Assembly (NCBI GenBank): GCA_965199495.1
Contig: CBDASK010000003.1
Coordinates: forward strand, 1,216,001 to 1,280,000
DNA length: 64,000 bases
Direction of reading: 5' to 3'
Source: Abditibacterium sp.
Lineage (GTDB): Bacteria; Armatimonadota; Abditibacteriia; Abditibacteriales; Abditibacteriaceae
The notes beneath the pieces are model-generated. The model was not told the DNA's origin, searched no databases, and worked only from the letters and a program-made list of their open reading frames with translations. Every line of letters begins with the position of its first letter. Position 1 is the stretch's first letter. Below, one piece after another: positions 47,571 through 56,801 of the stretch. Both the position numbers and the translations under genes were made by a program.

Positions 47571-47884
47571 ACGGCGCCGCACCGATTCAGTGCGTCAACT
47601 GCGGTTGTGAGCAACCGTTCGCGCGGATTTATTGCGCGCAGTGCGGCTGTTCGCTCGATGCCGCCAAACCTTTGGGCCAAACGTGGGTGGGCACGTTTTT
47701 GATCGTTATTTTGCTATTCGTCGCCGCAACGTTAATCGGGTTCACGCTTATTTGGTTGATGTTTTTGGGGATGGAAGGGATTTCGTTCGCTTCTTTGTCC
47801 CTCCAAACAAAAGCTGTGGGCATTGCAATGTTGGCAGCAGCCACCGGCTGCGTCTGGGGCATTTGGCGCATGGCGCGCTGGTGA
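47567..47884 (+). CDS. Zinc-ribbon plus 2-TM protein, paralogue 1
   Basis: CVNC-x10-CAQC; ATGA overlap with the lgt-like gene; ends GCVWGIWRM. Confidence 0.8.
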   Translation: MNGAAPIQCVNCGCEQPFARIYCAQCGCSLDAAKPLGQTWVGTFLIVILLFVAATLIGFTLIWLMFLGMEGISFASLSLQTKAVGIAMLAAATGCVWGIWRMARW

Positions 47885-47930
47885 ACTTCGCGTGTCAATG
47901 AGTTAAATTTAGGATTAAAGTTGAGCCATT

Positions 47931-48254
47931 ATGAATTCACCTCATCCGCCAAGTGACGCGATTTGCCCCAACTGCGGTGCGCCGCGCGACGCCGGACGGG
48001 CCTACTGCGCTAACTGCGGCGCGCCCTTGTCGGGCACGGTATCGGGGACGTCGTCCACATCGAAAACGATTACGTCTATTTTGCTGGCTTGGGGCGCGTG
48101 CGCGTTCGGCAGTCTGGGCGCGTGTCTGGGACTTATCGGCGTGATGGGCGGCAATATTTCCACCGATTGGGGCTATATCGCGACGGGCCTCGCTGCTCTG
48201 GTCGCCGCCGTGGCTTGCGGGTGGGGCATCTTCCGCCTCAACAGCAAAAAATGA
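47931..48254 (+). CDS. Zinc-ribbon plus 2-TM protein, paralogue 2
   Basis: CPNC-x10-CANC; FGSLGAC; ACGWGIFRL. Confidence 0.85.
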   Translation: MNSPHPPSDAICPNCGAPRDAGRAYCANCGAPLSGTVSGTSSTSKTITSILLAWGACAFGSLGACLGLIGVMGGNISTDWGYIATGLAALVAAVACGWGIFRLNSKK

Positions 48255-48574
48255 GCGATAACTTTTCGGCGTCTTCACTGCCCTGTCCCAATTGCGGAGA
48301 ACTTCAAGCGTCCGACGCGGTTTTTTGTGCGCACTGTGGCGCGCGCCTGAAAACTATCGAACCACAACAGGATTTAAATTTTTCGCGTTTGCCTTTGCTG
48401 TTGTTGCTGACACTGCCCATCGCCAGCCTATTTCTGGCTTTGGGAAGTTGCGCCGCCATCGGTGTCGTCGCGGCGGGGATTGTGCGGCTCGATGGAAAAT
48501 TAGCGGCCATCGGCGCGGGCGCGTTATTGGTTATAATCGTTTTAGCAAAATTGCCGCGTTTTTTCAATCGCTAA
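48251..48574 (+). CDS. Zinc-ribbon plus 2-TM protein, paralogue 3
   Basis: CPNC-x10-CAHC; FLALGSC; ATGA overlap. Confidence 0.8.
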   Translation: MSDNFSASSLPCPNCGELQASDAVFCAHCGARLKTIEPQQDLNFSRLPLLLLLTLPIASLFLALGSCAAIGVVAAGIVRLDGKLAAIGAGALLVIIVLAKLPRFFNR

Positions 48575-48577
48575 ATC

Positions 48578-48907
48578 ATGAACGAAACTCCACCCTTGCC
48601 GCAACCCAGCGGCGCGACTTGTGCGAACTGCGGCGCGGCACAAAACGCGAACGCGCCCTACTGCACCAACTGCGGCGCGCCGCTAAGAGCAGCCACACCG
48701 GGCACGCTTTCTTCAGCCAGCAAAATGATCATCTCAATTGCGCTGGGATTTGGCGCGCTAATGTTTGGCGCGGTCGGCGCGTGTTTCGTTTTTCTGGGCA
48801 ACATCGAAGGCGGCACAATGGACTGGACATTTCTACTTTTTGTCGGCGTCCCCGCGTTGCTGGCGCTGGCTTGCATCTGGGGCATTTTTCGGGTTCAACG
48901 CAAATGA
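48578..48907 (+). CDS. Zinc-ribbon plus 2-TM protein, paralogue 4
   Basis: CANC-x10-CTNC; FGAVGAC; ACIWGIFRV. Confidence 0.85.
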   Translation: MNETPPLPQPSGATCANCGAAQNANAPYCTNCGAPLRAATPGTLSSASKMIISIALGFGALMFGAVGACFVFLGNIEGGTMDWTFLLFVGVPALLALACIWGIFRVQRK

Positions 48908-49173
48908 CTGATTCTACTCCTACTAAACCCACTTTATCACGCGGCGAAGCGTTCGAGAAATTGGCGTTTACATTGTGCAAAATCGCCACGTTCGCGCTGT
49001 TTACCGGACGCTTTGCCTTGCCGGTGGCTGCTGTCGGGGCGGCGCTATTTTTTGGGTTGGCGCACTTCAACGGCAAGCGCGATACGCGTTGTTTGTTCAA
49101 ACACCCCCTACTTATCGCGGCGTTCTGGCTGGCGGTTGCGCTCGGCTGGGTTTGGCTCAATTACATTCGTTGA
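48904..49173 (+). CDS. Small membrane protein
   Basis: 89 aa, hydrophobic, ATGA-coupled; LCKIAT...DTRC.LFKHPLLIAAFW. Confidence 0.7.
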   Translation: MTDSTPTKPTLSRGEAFEKLAFTLCKIATFALFTGRFALPVAAVGAALFFGLAHFNGKRDTRCLFKHPLLIAAFWLAVALGWVWLNYIR

Positions 49174-49190
49174 TGTTATAATTTTTCGTT

Positions 49191-50015
49191 ATGCGACGAA
49201 CGGTTTCCAGCCTTCACCCGGCTCTTTATACCCTGCGCGTCTGGCAGAAACAACAGGCGCGCCATCTGCGCGATTGGCCGGGCCGCCACGGTTTCGCGCG
49301 CGAACGGCAAAGCGAAACTTTGCCGCACACCGTCAAACGCCACCAATCGCTGCTCAATCGCAAAATGGGCGATTCCGATCCGCAATTGCAACTCAACAAA
49401 ATCGTCAATTTGAGCTTGGCGCGCGAATGCGTTGATGGAATTCTCATCAAACCGGGCGAAACGTTTTCGTTCTGGCGACTGGTCGGCGACGCCAACGAAG
49501 CCAAAGGTTATCTGCCCGGTATGCGACTTTCGCGCGGCGAAGTCAAAGTCGGCGTTGGCGGTGGCTTGTGCCAGTTCGGCAATTTATTATTGTGGATGGC
49601 GTGGCATTCTCCGCTCGTTGTCAGCGAGCGCCATCATCATTCGTTCGACCCGTTTCCCGATCAGGGTCGCGTTTTGCCGTTTGGTAGCGGGTGCAGTTTG
49701 TTTTTCCCGTATCTCGATTTGAGATTACACAACCCGACCGACGCGACGTTTCAGTTTCGCATCTGGCTCGATGACACGCACTTGCGCGGCTTGCTCAGTT
49801 CAAGCGAATTGTGGCCGCATACTTTTCATGTTTACGAGCGCGAACACGCGTTTGTGCGCCGCGATGACAAAAACTATCGCAGCAACGAAATTTGGCGTCG
49901 CCTCACCGACCGCGTGACGGGCAATACTGTGGGAGAAGAATTGCTGGTCGTAAACTTCGCCGAAGTGAAGTATCAGATTTCGGATAGCGAATCTCAGATG
50001 TCGGATATCGGATAG
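49191..50015 (+). CDS. VanW-family protein
   Basis: NKIVNL.LA, IKPGETFSFW..VG, GVGGGLCQ, ERHHHS.D.FPD, YLDLR. Confidence 0.9.
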   Translation: MRRTVSSLHPALYTLRVWQKQQARHLRDWPGRHGFARERQSETLPHTVKRHQSLLNRKMGDSDPQLQLNKIVNLSLARECVDGILIKPGETFSFWRLVGDANEAKGYLPGMRLSRGEVKVGVGGGLCQFGNLLLWMAWHSPLVVSERHHHSFDPFPDQGRVLPFGSGCSLFFPYLDLRLHNPTDATFQFRIWLDDTHLRGLLSSSELWPHTFHVYEREHAFVRRDDKNYRSNEIWRRLTDRVTGNTVGEELLVVNFAEVKYQISDSESQMSDIG

Positions 50016-50091
50016 ATTTAAAGAAAATCAAATCTGTTCGCCTTCCTCACACTTATCCGGGTATCCGCGCTCCGAAATCCGAAATCCGAAA
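49973..50091. repeat. Heptamer-array inverted element overlapping the vanW-like 3' end
   Basis: TCAGATT TCGGATA GCGAATC TCAGATG TCGGATA TCGGATA ... TATCCG..TCCG AAATCCG AAATCCG. Confidence 0.7.
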
Positions 50092-50092
50092 C

Positions 50093-51292
50093 ATGCTCAT
50101 CAAAACCCAAAAACAGCTCGATGAATTAGTCGCCAGCCTCACAGCAGCCACGGCGGCGGGGGCGCCCCTCGCCTTCGATACCGAGTTTTTGTCCGAGAAG
50201 CGTTATTACGCCAAATTGTGTTTGGTTCAGGTCTTGGCGCCGCTCGAAAACGGCGGCGTTGTCGAAGGCGCCGTTGATCCGTTTGGCCTCGATTTAACCG
50301 CGTTGGCCGCGATGATTGCCGACCCGAATATCGTGAAAATTGTGCATTCGGGTTCGGCGGATTTGCTGATTTTGTGGCAATTGTTCCAAACGCAGGCGCG
50401 CAACGTTTTCGATACGCAAATCGCGGCGGCGTTTTTGGGTTACGGCCACCAAATCGGTTACGCCGATATGGTGCGGCGCTTCACCGGCGCGCAGATTTCC
50501 AAGACGATGCAATATACCGATTGGAGCGTGCGGCCACTGTCGGACGAGCAGATCGAATATGCGATGGACGATGTGCGTTATCTGCCGCCGATTTATCGCG
50601 ATTTGACTGAGCAATTGCAAGCGCGCGGGCGTTTGGAATGGGCGCAATTCGAGTTCGAGCGCGCTGAAAACAAAGCGACGCGGCCCGACGATGACGAAAA
50701 CGCCTATTTGCGTTTGAACTTGTCGAAACTCAAGCGCAAACAGATCGCGGTTACGCGCGAGTTGGCGAAGGTGCGGCAACAATTGGCGCGCCGTGACAAC
50801 AAGCCGCCGAGTTTCATCGTGCCCGATTTGGCGCTGTTACAGATGGCGCGCCAACAACCTGATTCCGTCGCCGATTTGCGCGCGATTCGCGGGATGCCCG
50901 GCGTGCCCGAAAAAATCGCCAACACTTTATTGGATGCCATTGACGACGCGCTCGAAACCGACCCGGCGACGTGGCCGCCTGCCCGCGAAGACACGCGGCC
51001 CGATCCGCGCTTGGAATCGATTACCTCGCTGATGGGCGTAGTAGCCACGGCGCGCGCCACGAGCGAAGAAGTCTCGCGTTCGTATCTGGCGCCGCGCGAA
51101 GCCGTCAACGATTTGGCGCAATGGTGGCTCGACCGCGCGGCGGGACAAAAAGTCAGCGACGTTTCCGAGCTGGAAATCATGCAAAGTTGGCGCGGCGAAA
51201 TTTTGGGCGCCGATTTACTCAAGTTGCTCGACGGCGAAGCCGTCATCGCGCTCGATGCCGCGACCGGTTTGCCGCAATTGCGCGACGCGTAA
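50093..51292 (+). CDS. rnd: Ribonuclease D
   Basis: AFDTEF, LCLVQ, FDTQIAA, TDWSVRPL, YAMDDV; HRDC domain. Confidence 0.92.
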   Translation: MLIKTQKQLDELVASLTAATAAGAPLAFDTEFLSEKRYYAKLCLVQVLAPLENGGVVEGAVDPFGLDLTALAAMIADPNIVKIVHSGSADLLILWQLFQTQARNVFDTQIAAAFLGYGHQIGYADMVRRFTGAQISKTMQYTDWSVRPLSDEQIEYAMDDVRYLPPIYRDLTEQLQARGRLEWAQFEFERAENKATRPDDDENAYLRLNLSKLKRKQIAVTRELAKVRQQLARRDNKPPSFIVPDLALLQMARQQPDSVADLRAIRGMPGVPEKIANTLLDAIDDALETDPATWPPAREDTRPDPRLESITSLMGVVATARATSEEVSRSYLAPREAVNDLAQWWLDRAAGQKVSDVSELEIMQSWRGEILGADLLKLLDGEAVIALDAATGLPQLRDA

Positions 51293-51304
51293 ACTCCCAT
51301 TCTC

Positions 51305-52099
51305 ATGAAAATTGTCACCTGGAATATTCGCTATCGCAACAACGAAGACGCCGCAAAAGGGTTGGGCTGGGACGAAGTTCGGCGGGCGCGCGTCGTCGCG
51401 ATGCTCGAAGATTTGGCGCCCGACGTGTTAGCGGTTCAGGAGGTTTTGGCGCCGCAGATGAAAGATTTGCGAGCCGCGTTGCCCACCTATCAGGCCGTTG
51501 GCGTTGGGCGCGACGATGGCGTCGAAAGCGGCGAGTTCTCCGCGATTTTCTTTCGGCGCGCGCGCTTTGGCCTGCGCAGTTTTCGCACGCGCTGGCTCTC
51601 GGAAACGCCCGACGTGCCCTCGCGCGGCTGGGATGCCGCGTTGCCGCGCATCGCCACTTGCGTTCGGCTCTACGACGGCCAATTCAAACGCGAATTCGAG
51701 TTGTGGAACACTCATTTCGATCATCGCGGACAGGTCGCTCGCACGCAAAGCGCGCGCTATTTGCGCCGCGAAATCGCGCAACTAATGGTGCCGACACTGT
51801 TGTGCGGCGACTTCAATTCGGCGCCCGACGGAACGCCAGTTCAGGAAATACTATCCACGAAAAACGGCGCCGTTTTGCGCGATGCGCGCGCGCTTTCCCT
51901 CGCGCCACCGACCGGTTCGCTCGCCACGTTTTGCGGTTTCGAGGCCCCCTTGACCGACGTTAAAAATCGCATAGATTACGTTTTCGCCACGACCGGCTGG
52001 CGCATCGAAAGTTACGACGTGCCCGCGTGGAAAGGCGGCGACGACGCGCCCGCATCCGATCATCGGCCCGTCGTTGTCGAGGCGAAATTAGCGCCTTAG
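51305..52099 (+). CDS. Endonuclease/exonuclease/phosphatase family protein
   Basis: TWNIR, QE, GVGRDDG, NTHFDH, GDFN, RIDY, SDHRPV. Confidence 0.92.
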   Translation: MKIVTWNIRYRNNEDAAKGLGWDEVRRARVVAMLEDLAPDVLAVQEVLAPQMKDLRAALPTYQAVGVGRDDGVESGEFSAIFFRRARFGLRSFRTRWLSETPDVPSRGWDAALPRIATCVRLYDGQFKREFELWNTHFDHRGQVARTQSARYLRREIAQLMVPTLLCGDFNSAPDGTPVQEILSTKNGAVLRDARALSLAPPTGSLATFCGFEAPLTDVKNRIDYVFATTGWRIESYDVPAWKGGDDAPASDHRPVVVEAKLAP

Positions 52100-52105
52100 A
52101 TTTTC

Positions 52106-52903
52106 ATGAAAATAATGACCTGGAATGTGCGTTGCCAGAACGCAACCGACAACGCCCGTGGCTGCGGCTGGGCCGCCCGCGCCGAAACGTTGTGCGGGAT
52201 TATCAACGCGCAAGCGCCCGACGTTTTGACGACGCAGGAAGCCTACGCGCCGCAAATTGACGATTTGTGCGCTGCCCTGCCCGACTATCAAATGGCGGGC
52301 ATCGGGCGCAACGATGGCGTCCGCGAAGGCGAATTTTGCGCGATATTCTTTCGCGCCGACCGCTACGAACTGCGCGCGCAAAGCACGCGATGGCTGAGCG
52401 AGACGCCCGACGAACCGTCGTTTGGCTGGGGCGCGCACTGCATTCGCATCGTGACCAAAGTGCGACTATTCGACCGCGAAACCAAACGCGAATTTGAAGT
52501 TTGGAACGCACATTTCGATCACGCCAGCGACTTGGCGCGCCTCGAAAGCGCGCGTTTGTTGCGGCGCGGCATCGAAGCCCTCGACGCGCCCGCGATTTTG
52601 TGCGGTGACTTCAACAGCGCGCCCGACGACGAACCGTTGCTGGCTTTGACACAAAACAACGGTTTGCGCGATTCGCGTTTCTATAGCGAGCAGCCACCGC
52701 GTGGCCCACACGCGACATTTTGCGGATTTGCCGACTTTACCGACAGAATAGACGCGCCAATTGGCGGCGACAAAGCGCGCATTGATTACGTTTTGACCGA
52801 CGATAACTGGCACATCGAAAGCTACACCGTCATGCCGACCGACGAAAACGCGAAGCCGGTTTCAGACCACCGTCCGGTTATTGTCGAATTGGAGTTGCGT
52901 TAA
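52106..52903 (+). CDS. Endonuclease/exonuclease/phosphatase family protein (tandem paralogue)
   Basis: TWNVR, QE, NAHFDH, GDFN, RIDY, SDHRPV. Confidence 0.92.
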   Translation: MKIMTWNVRCQNATDNARGCGWAARAETLCGIINAQAPDVLTTQEAYAPQIDDLCAALPDYQMAGIGRNDGVREGEFCAIFFRADRYELRAQSTRWLSETPDEPSFGWGAHCIRIVTKVRLFDRETKREFEVWNAHFDHASDLARLESARLLRRGIEALDAPAILCGDFNSAPDDEPLLALTQNNGLRDSRFYSEQPPRGPHATFCGFADFTDRIDAPIGGDKARIDYVLTDDNWHIESYTVMPTDENAKPVSDHRPVIVELELR

Positions 52904-52917
52904 GAATTCCAACTGGC

Positions 52918-53065
52918 AGTAACTTTCTGCGGAATTTATTGGCCGTAGAGACACCGACTTGTCGTGTCTAAAACGTTTCGCTCGATTCAACGTAATGATA
53001 AATCCAACGTCTTAGACACGACAAGTCGGTGTCTCTACGGCCAATAAACTCCGCAGAAAGTTACT
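52918..53065. repeat. REPIN with extended arms
   Basis: 53-bp arms 52918-52970 and 53013-53065 with 1 mismatch, containing GTAG-AGACACCGACTTGTCGTGTCT. Confidence 0.9.
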
Positions 53066-53077
53066 ATCTCTCACCTC

Positions 53078-54196
53078 ATGCCTCTGACTTGGATCGAAAT
53101 TAACCGCGTCGCGCTCCGCCATAATTACGAAGCGATTGGGACGCTCGTTGGCGACGCGAAAATGATTTGCGTCGTCAAAGCCAACGCCTACGGTTGCGGC
53201 GCGCCCGAATGCGCGCGCATTTTCGCCGAGGCGGGCGCGCCCATGTTGGCCGTTACACGCGTGGACGAAGCGCTCGAACTGCGCGACAACGGCATTCAAA
53301 CGCCGATTACAACTTTGGCGCCCGCGTTATCCGACGAATACGAAACCGCGATTCAAAACGAAATCACGCTCGCCATCAGTTCGCTCGATGAAGCCACGGC
53401 GTTGAGCGAACTCGCCGCGAAGTTGGAGCGCACGGCGCGCGTGCAACTCAAAGTCAATACGGGCATGAACCGGTTCGGTTGTTTGCCCGAAAGCGTCGCT
53501 GAAATCGTCGGGCGCGGGCGCAAATTGACGAACTTGCAATTTTCTGGCGTATTTACGCATCTGGCCAACGCCGCCGCGCCCGACGAAACCGCGACGCGCG
53601 CACAGTGGGAACAATTTCAAGACGCGACTTGCGGATTAACCGATTTAGATTTGCACGTCGCCAATTCGTCGGCTTTGGTGCGCTTTCCCGAAATGCGTTT
53701 GCAAGCCGTGCGTCCCGGTACGCTTTTATATGGCCAGTTTCCCGATGGTTTCATCGGCAAAATCGGCGCGCAAAATGGCTTAAAACTGCGCGATCCGTGG
53801 ACGGCGAAAACGCGCGTAATGAGTTTGCAAACCGTCGCCAAAAGCCAGAGTTTCGGCTACGGCAGCGAATGGACGGCCCAGCGCGACTCTAAACTCGCGA
53901 TTTTAGGCATCGGCTGGGCCGATGGACTGCTTATGGAGCCGCACGCGCGCGTCGAATCGCCGCTCGAAGCGGTCAAGGCCGGAATGAAACGCGCGGCGCG
54001 CTTGAAGCAGAATCCCAACGCCGGACGAACGGTAAAAATCGGCGACAAGCAATTTCCGCTCATTGGCCGCGTGGCGATGCAAACGTGCGCGATTGACATC
54101 ACCGACGCGCCCGCCGTGGCTGTAGGCGACGAAGTGATAGTTCCAATGCGCCGCTTGGCGGCGCGCGAAGGTTTGGCGCGGGTTTATGTGGATTGA
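53078..54196 (+). CDS. alr: Alanine racemase
   Basis: VVKANAYG PLP lysine, KVNTGMNRFG, FTHLA, HVANS, VRPG..LYG, GYG, GRVAM. Confidence 0.9.
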   Translation: MPLTWIEINRVALRHNYEAIGTLVGDAKMICVVKANAYGCGAPECARIFAEAGAPMLAVTRVDEALELRDNGIQTPITTLAPALSDEYETAIQNEITLAISSLDEATALSELAAKLERTARVQLKVNTGMNRFGCLPESVAEIVGRGRKLTNLQFSGVFTHLANAAAPDETATRAQWEQFQDATCGLTDLDLHVANSSALVRFPEMRLQAVRPGTLLYGQFPDGFIGKIGAQNGLKLRDPWTAKTRVMSLQTVAKSQSFGYGSEWTAQRDSKLAILGIGWADGLLMEPHARVESPLEAVKAGMKRAARLKQNPNAGRTVKIGDKQFPLIGRVAMQTCAIDITDAPAVAVGDEVIVPMRRLAAREGLARVYVD

Positions 54197-54244
54197 AATT
54201 TGGTAATTTTTCACTGTCTCGGAGAGACACCGACCGGGTGCAAT

Positions 54245-54994
54245 TTAACGCTCCTTCTCCCATTCCAACGCAAGATGACGATTATTAAATTCATCGTCGT
54301 CCAAATCGCCGCGATTGAAACAACGCAAAATTTCGTCCGAATTGGCCGCGCGCACCGGCTGGCCGTCGGGAATCAAAGCGCCCGCCGCCATCATGCGCAT
54401 CAGGCCGTTGAAGATGGATTGCAAACCTTCCAGTTCGTCGGGGCGCGCATCGCGGCACGATAAATCGGGGCGCCCAAATAATCGCATCCCGCGCGTATGC
54501 AGCCACGTCCACCCGTCGTCCTGCGGCGTCACCAAAATAATCGCGTGATCTGTCGGCTCGAAACCGGCGCCGAAGAATTGGTCGCGCCATTCGTGCGCAC
54601 TAAAAACGCTTAAAATTTGCGGCAGAAACACCGCGACGCCGCCACTTTCCAGACTCGCCGCGACAACGCCGATTGTATCGCGCAGATAATCGAGCGAGTT
54701 AGGATCGGTAATTTCGCCTCGAATCACGAGTTTCTGCGGCGCGTCCAACGCGATTTGCCATGCGGTCTGATTCGATTGGCGCGCCAAATCGGCCATCGCG
54801 CCGTTCCAAGCGGCGCCGTTGTCGTTGGGCGTAATTTGCGCGATAAGTTCGGGTGGCAAACCCGCCGAATTGTGTTTAGCCGCCGAGACTTGCGTTTCTG
54901 TTTTGGCCCAATCGCCATAAATTTCGATCCAAACCAAAGCATCGCCGCCGCCCGATTGATAACGTGGGCGCGGCCAAGAGAATAATTGGGGCAC
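54245..54994 (-). CDS. Hypothetical protein, DUF4261-like C-terminus
   Basis: DP.SLDYLRDTIG, WLHTRGMRLFGRPDLS, DDEFNN; start moved to GTG 54994 to avoid overlapping the next gene. Confidence 0.7.
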   Translation of the reverse strand: MPQLFSWPRPRYQSGGGDALVWIEIYGDWAKTETQVSAAKHNSAGLPPELIAQITPNDNGAAWNGAMADLARQSNQTAWQIALDAPQKLVIRGEITDPNSLDYLRDTIGVVAASLESGGVAVFLPQILSVFSAHEWRDQFFGAGFEPTDHAIILVTPQDDGWTWLHTRGMRLFGRPDLSCRDARPDELEGLQSIFNGLMRMMAAGALIPDGQPVRAANSDEILRCFNRGDLDDDEFNNRHLALEWEKER

Positions 54995-55051
54995 GCGTTT
55001 TAGTCTGGCAAAAATGAGAATCTGGCGCGCTGGTTTAAACTGCAAATCACC

Positions 55052-55930
55052 ATGATTGCCCCCTCTCTTCTCGCCGATTTGCAACAGCGAATCAACGCCG
55101 CCGACTTGAGCAGCCACGCCGACGCCATTCTCGCCACGGCGCGCCCCGCAGTTGATCTAATTTTGGATGGCCCATTGAGCGGCACGCTGGGCGAAACACG
55201 CTTTGGCGGCACGCCCGATTTGCCCGCCGATGTGGATTGGCCGCGCAACGAAGACGGCGAAGCGCTGACTTTTCTGGCGCAAATCAATTTGAGCGAAATC
55301 TCGGCATTTGATGGTAATCCTCTGCCCGCGCGCGGCTGGCTTTACGTTTTTATCGGATTGGACGAACCCGCCAGCGATGTCGAAAACTTAATTTTTCTGG
55401 TGGACGGCGATACGCAATTGGTGGCGACGACAGCGCCCACGCAAAGCGAGTGGGCCAACGATGAAAATTATGTGGATATGCCCGCGCAAAAGCTGCGATT
55501 GGCGCTCTTTGCTGATATTCCACGCTGGGCAACGCAGGACTTTTATGACTTGGTTCAAGCTATCGAACCCGACGAAGACGAGGCCGATGAAGTCGAAAGC
55601 GATTTGAACGATCTGGGCGGCAACTCGCACGACGCGAAAAGCATCGGCCAGTTGCTCGGCCACGCGAGCGGCATTGGCCACGACAGCCGCGAAGACGCGT
55701 TTGTCGTGCGCGAAATCGGGCCACAATATATTTACGATTACGCGCACCGCCAAACGCTCGATATAACGCGCGCCCGAAATTGGATCAATCTGCTGCGCCT
55801 CGAATCGTTTCGCGAAGGCGAACACGATTTTTGCGTGTGGGACGCGGGCTATTTTAATTTTCTGATTCATCGCGACGACATGAAAAAACTCGATTTCAGT
55901 CGCGTTTACGCGGCGGTCGAAACCAGTTGA
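55052..55930 (+). CDS. DUF1963 (YwqG-like) protein
   Basis: TRFGGTPDLP...WP, LTFLAQINL, LP..GWLYVF, WDAG..NFLI...D....DFSRV. Confidence 0.88.
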   Translation: MIAPSLLADLQQRINAADLSSHADAILATARPAVDLILDGPLSGTLGETRFGGTPDLPADVDWPRNEDGEALTFLAQINLSEISAFDGNPLPARGWLYVFIGLDEPASDVENLIFLVDGDTQLVATTAPTQSEWANDENYVDMPAQKLRLALFADIPRWATQDFYDLVQAIEPDEDEADEVESDLNDLGGNSHDAKSIGQLLGHASGIGHDSREDAFVVREIGPQYIYDYAHRQTLDITRARNWINLLRLESFREGEHDFCVWDAGYFNFLIHRDDMKKLDFSRVYAAVETS

Positions 55931-55934
55931 AACC

Positions 55935-56801
55935 TTATTCGGCGCGCGCCAAAAACGCGCGTTTGGCGCGTTCGTTCTGGCGTTGCGCGGCCTGAAACGC
56001 GGCGGCGCAGTCGAAGAGTGGCCCGACTTCATCGAAGAAGCGAAACTGAAAATAAGGCGCGCTCGCCTTGAATGGCACCGATTGAATATGTTTGTCGTAG
56101 AGCGCCTTTTTGCTTTCATCGGGGCCGACGATGAACAGTTGTGTTTTCAGAAAAGACGGCAGTTGGCAAAGCCGATTGATGCCATTCAAAACGTCGGTCG
56201 TATGCTCGACTTCAAAGGCGCAACGAGGAATCAAATCGTCGTCGTTGGTGGTCTCGAACCACAAAACATCGATCAGCGCGGCCTCCTTTTTTTGTTTGGG
56301 TTTGAGCCAAGTCACCGGTTCTAAACCGTCACGTAGCGTCACCAAATCGGAGAGCGGCTTGCCGTTAAAAAAACCCTTGGTCTGGTCGGCGGGTGGCGCG
56401 TAAGTATGAAAACCGTAAACCTGACCGATGTAAAGCAGTTGACCCTGAATCGTATCGGTGATTTCTTTAGTGGTCGGAACTTTGGGTTGAGTGGCTTCGG
56501 GTTGCACCAAATCGAGCGCGATTGGCGTCGCAATTGGCGCGCTCACAACTGGCAAAATGGTGGGCGCCAGCAAGCGATAGTTGCCACTGCCCGTATCAAT
56601 CGGCTCGAAAATTTTGTAGATCCGCACGACCTGACGCACTTTGGCATCGACGTTATTGTTGCCTTTGGCTTTGGGATGCTGAAGTGCAAGCGCGATAATT
56701 TGCTTTAGATGCGCCTCGCCGCCCAATTGTTGCAGCGCGTCGGCAATCACGTCTTTCCATGTCATTTCGGGCGTCATTAACCGATAGTTTAATGCGCTCA
56801 C
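55935..56801 (-). CDS. Winged-helix plus PD-(D/E)XK restriction-nuclease-like protein
   Basis: TWKDVIADALQQLGGEAHL..I N-terminal wHTH; IDVLW...AFEVEHTT..NGINRL; GTGA overlap with the upstream gene. Confidence 0.7.
   Translation of the reverse strand: MSALNYRLMTPEMTWKDVIADALQQLGGEAHLKQIIALALQHPKAKGNNNVDAKVRQVVRIYKIFEPIDTGSGNYRLLAPTILPVVSAPIATPIALDLVQPEATQPKVPTTKEITDTIQGQLLYIGQVYGFHTYAPPADQTKGFFNGKPLSDLVTLRDGLEPVTWLKPKQKKEAALIDVLWFETTNDDDLIPRCAFEVEHTTDVLNGINRLCQLPSFLKTQLFIVGPDESKKALYDKHIQSVPFKASAPYFQFRFFDEVGPLFDCAAAFQAAQRQNERAKRAFLARAE

Noticed and set aside
47102..49173. Long ORF-track calls 47102..47884, 48089..48574 and 48292..49173
   Set aside because: Their N-terminal parts overlap other genes. 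The real starts are the coupled ATGs at 47567, 48251 and 48904.
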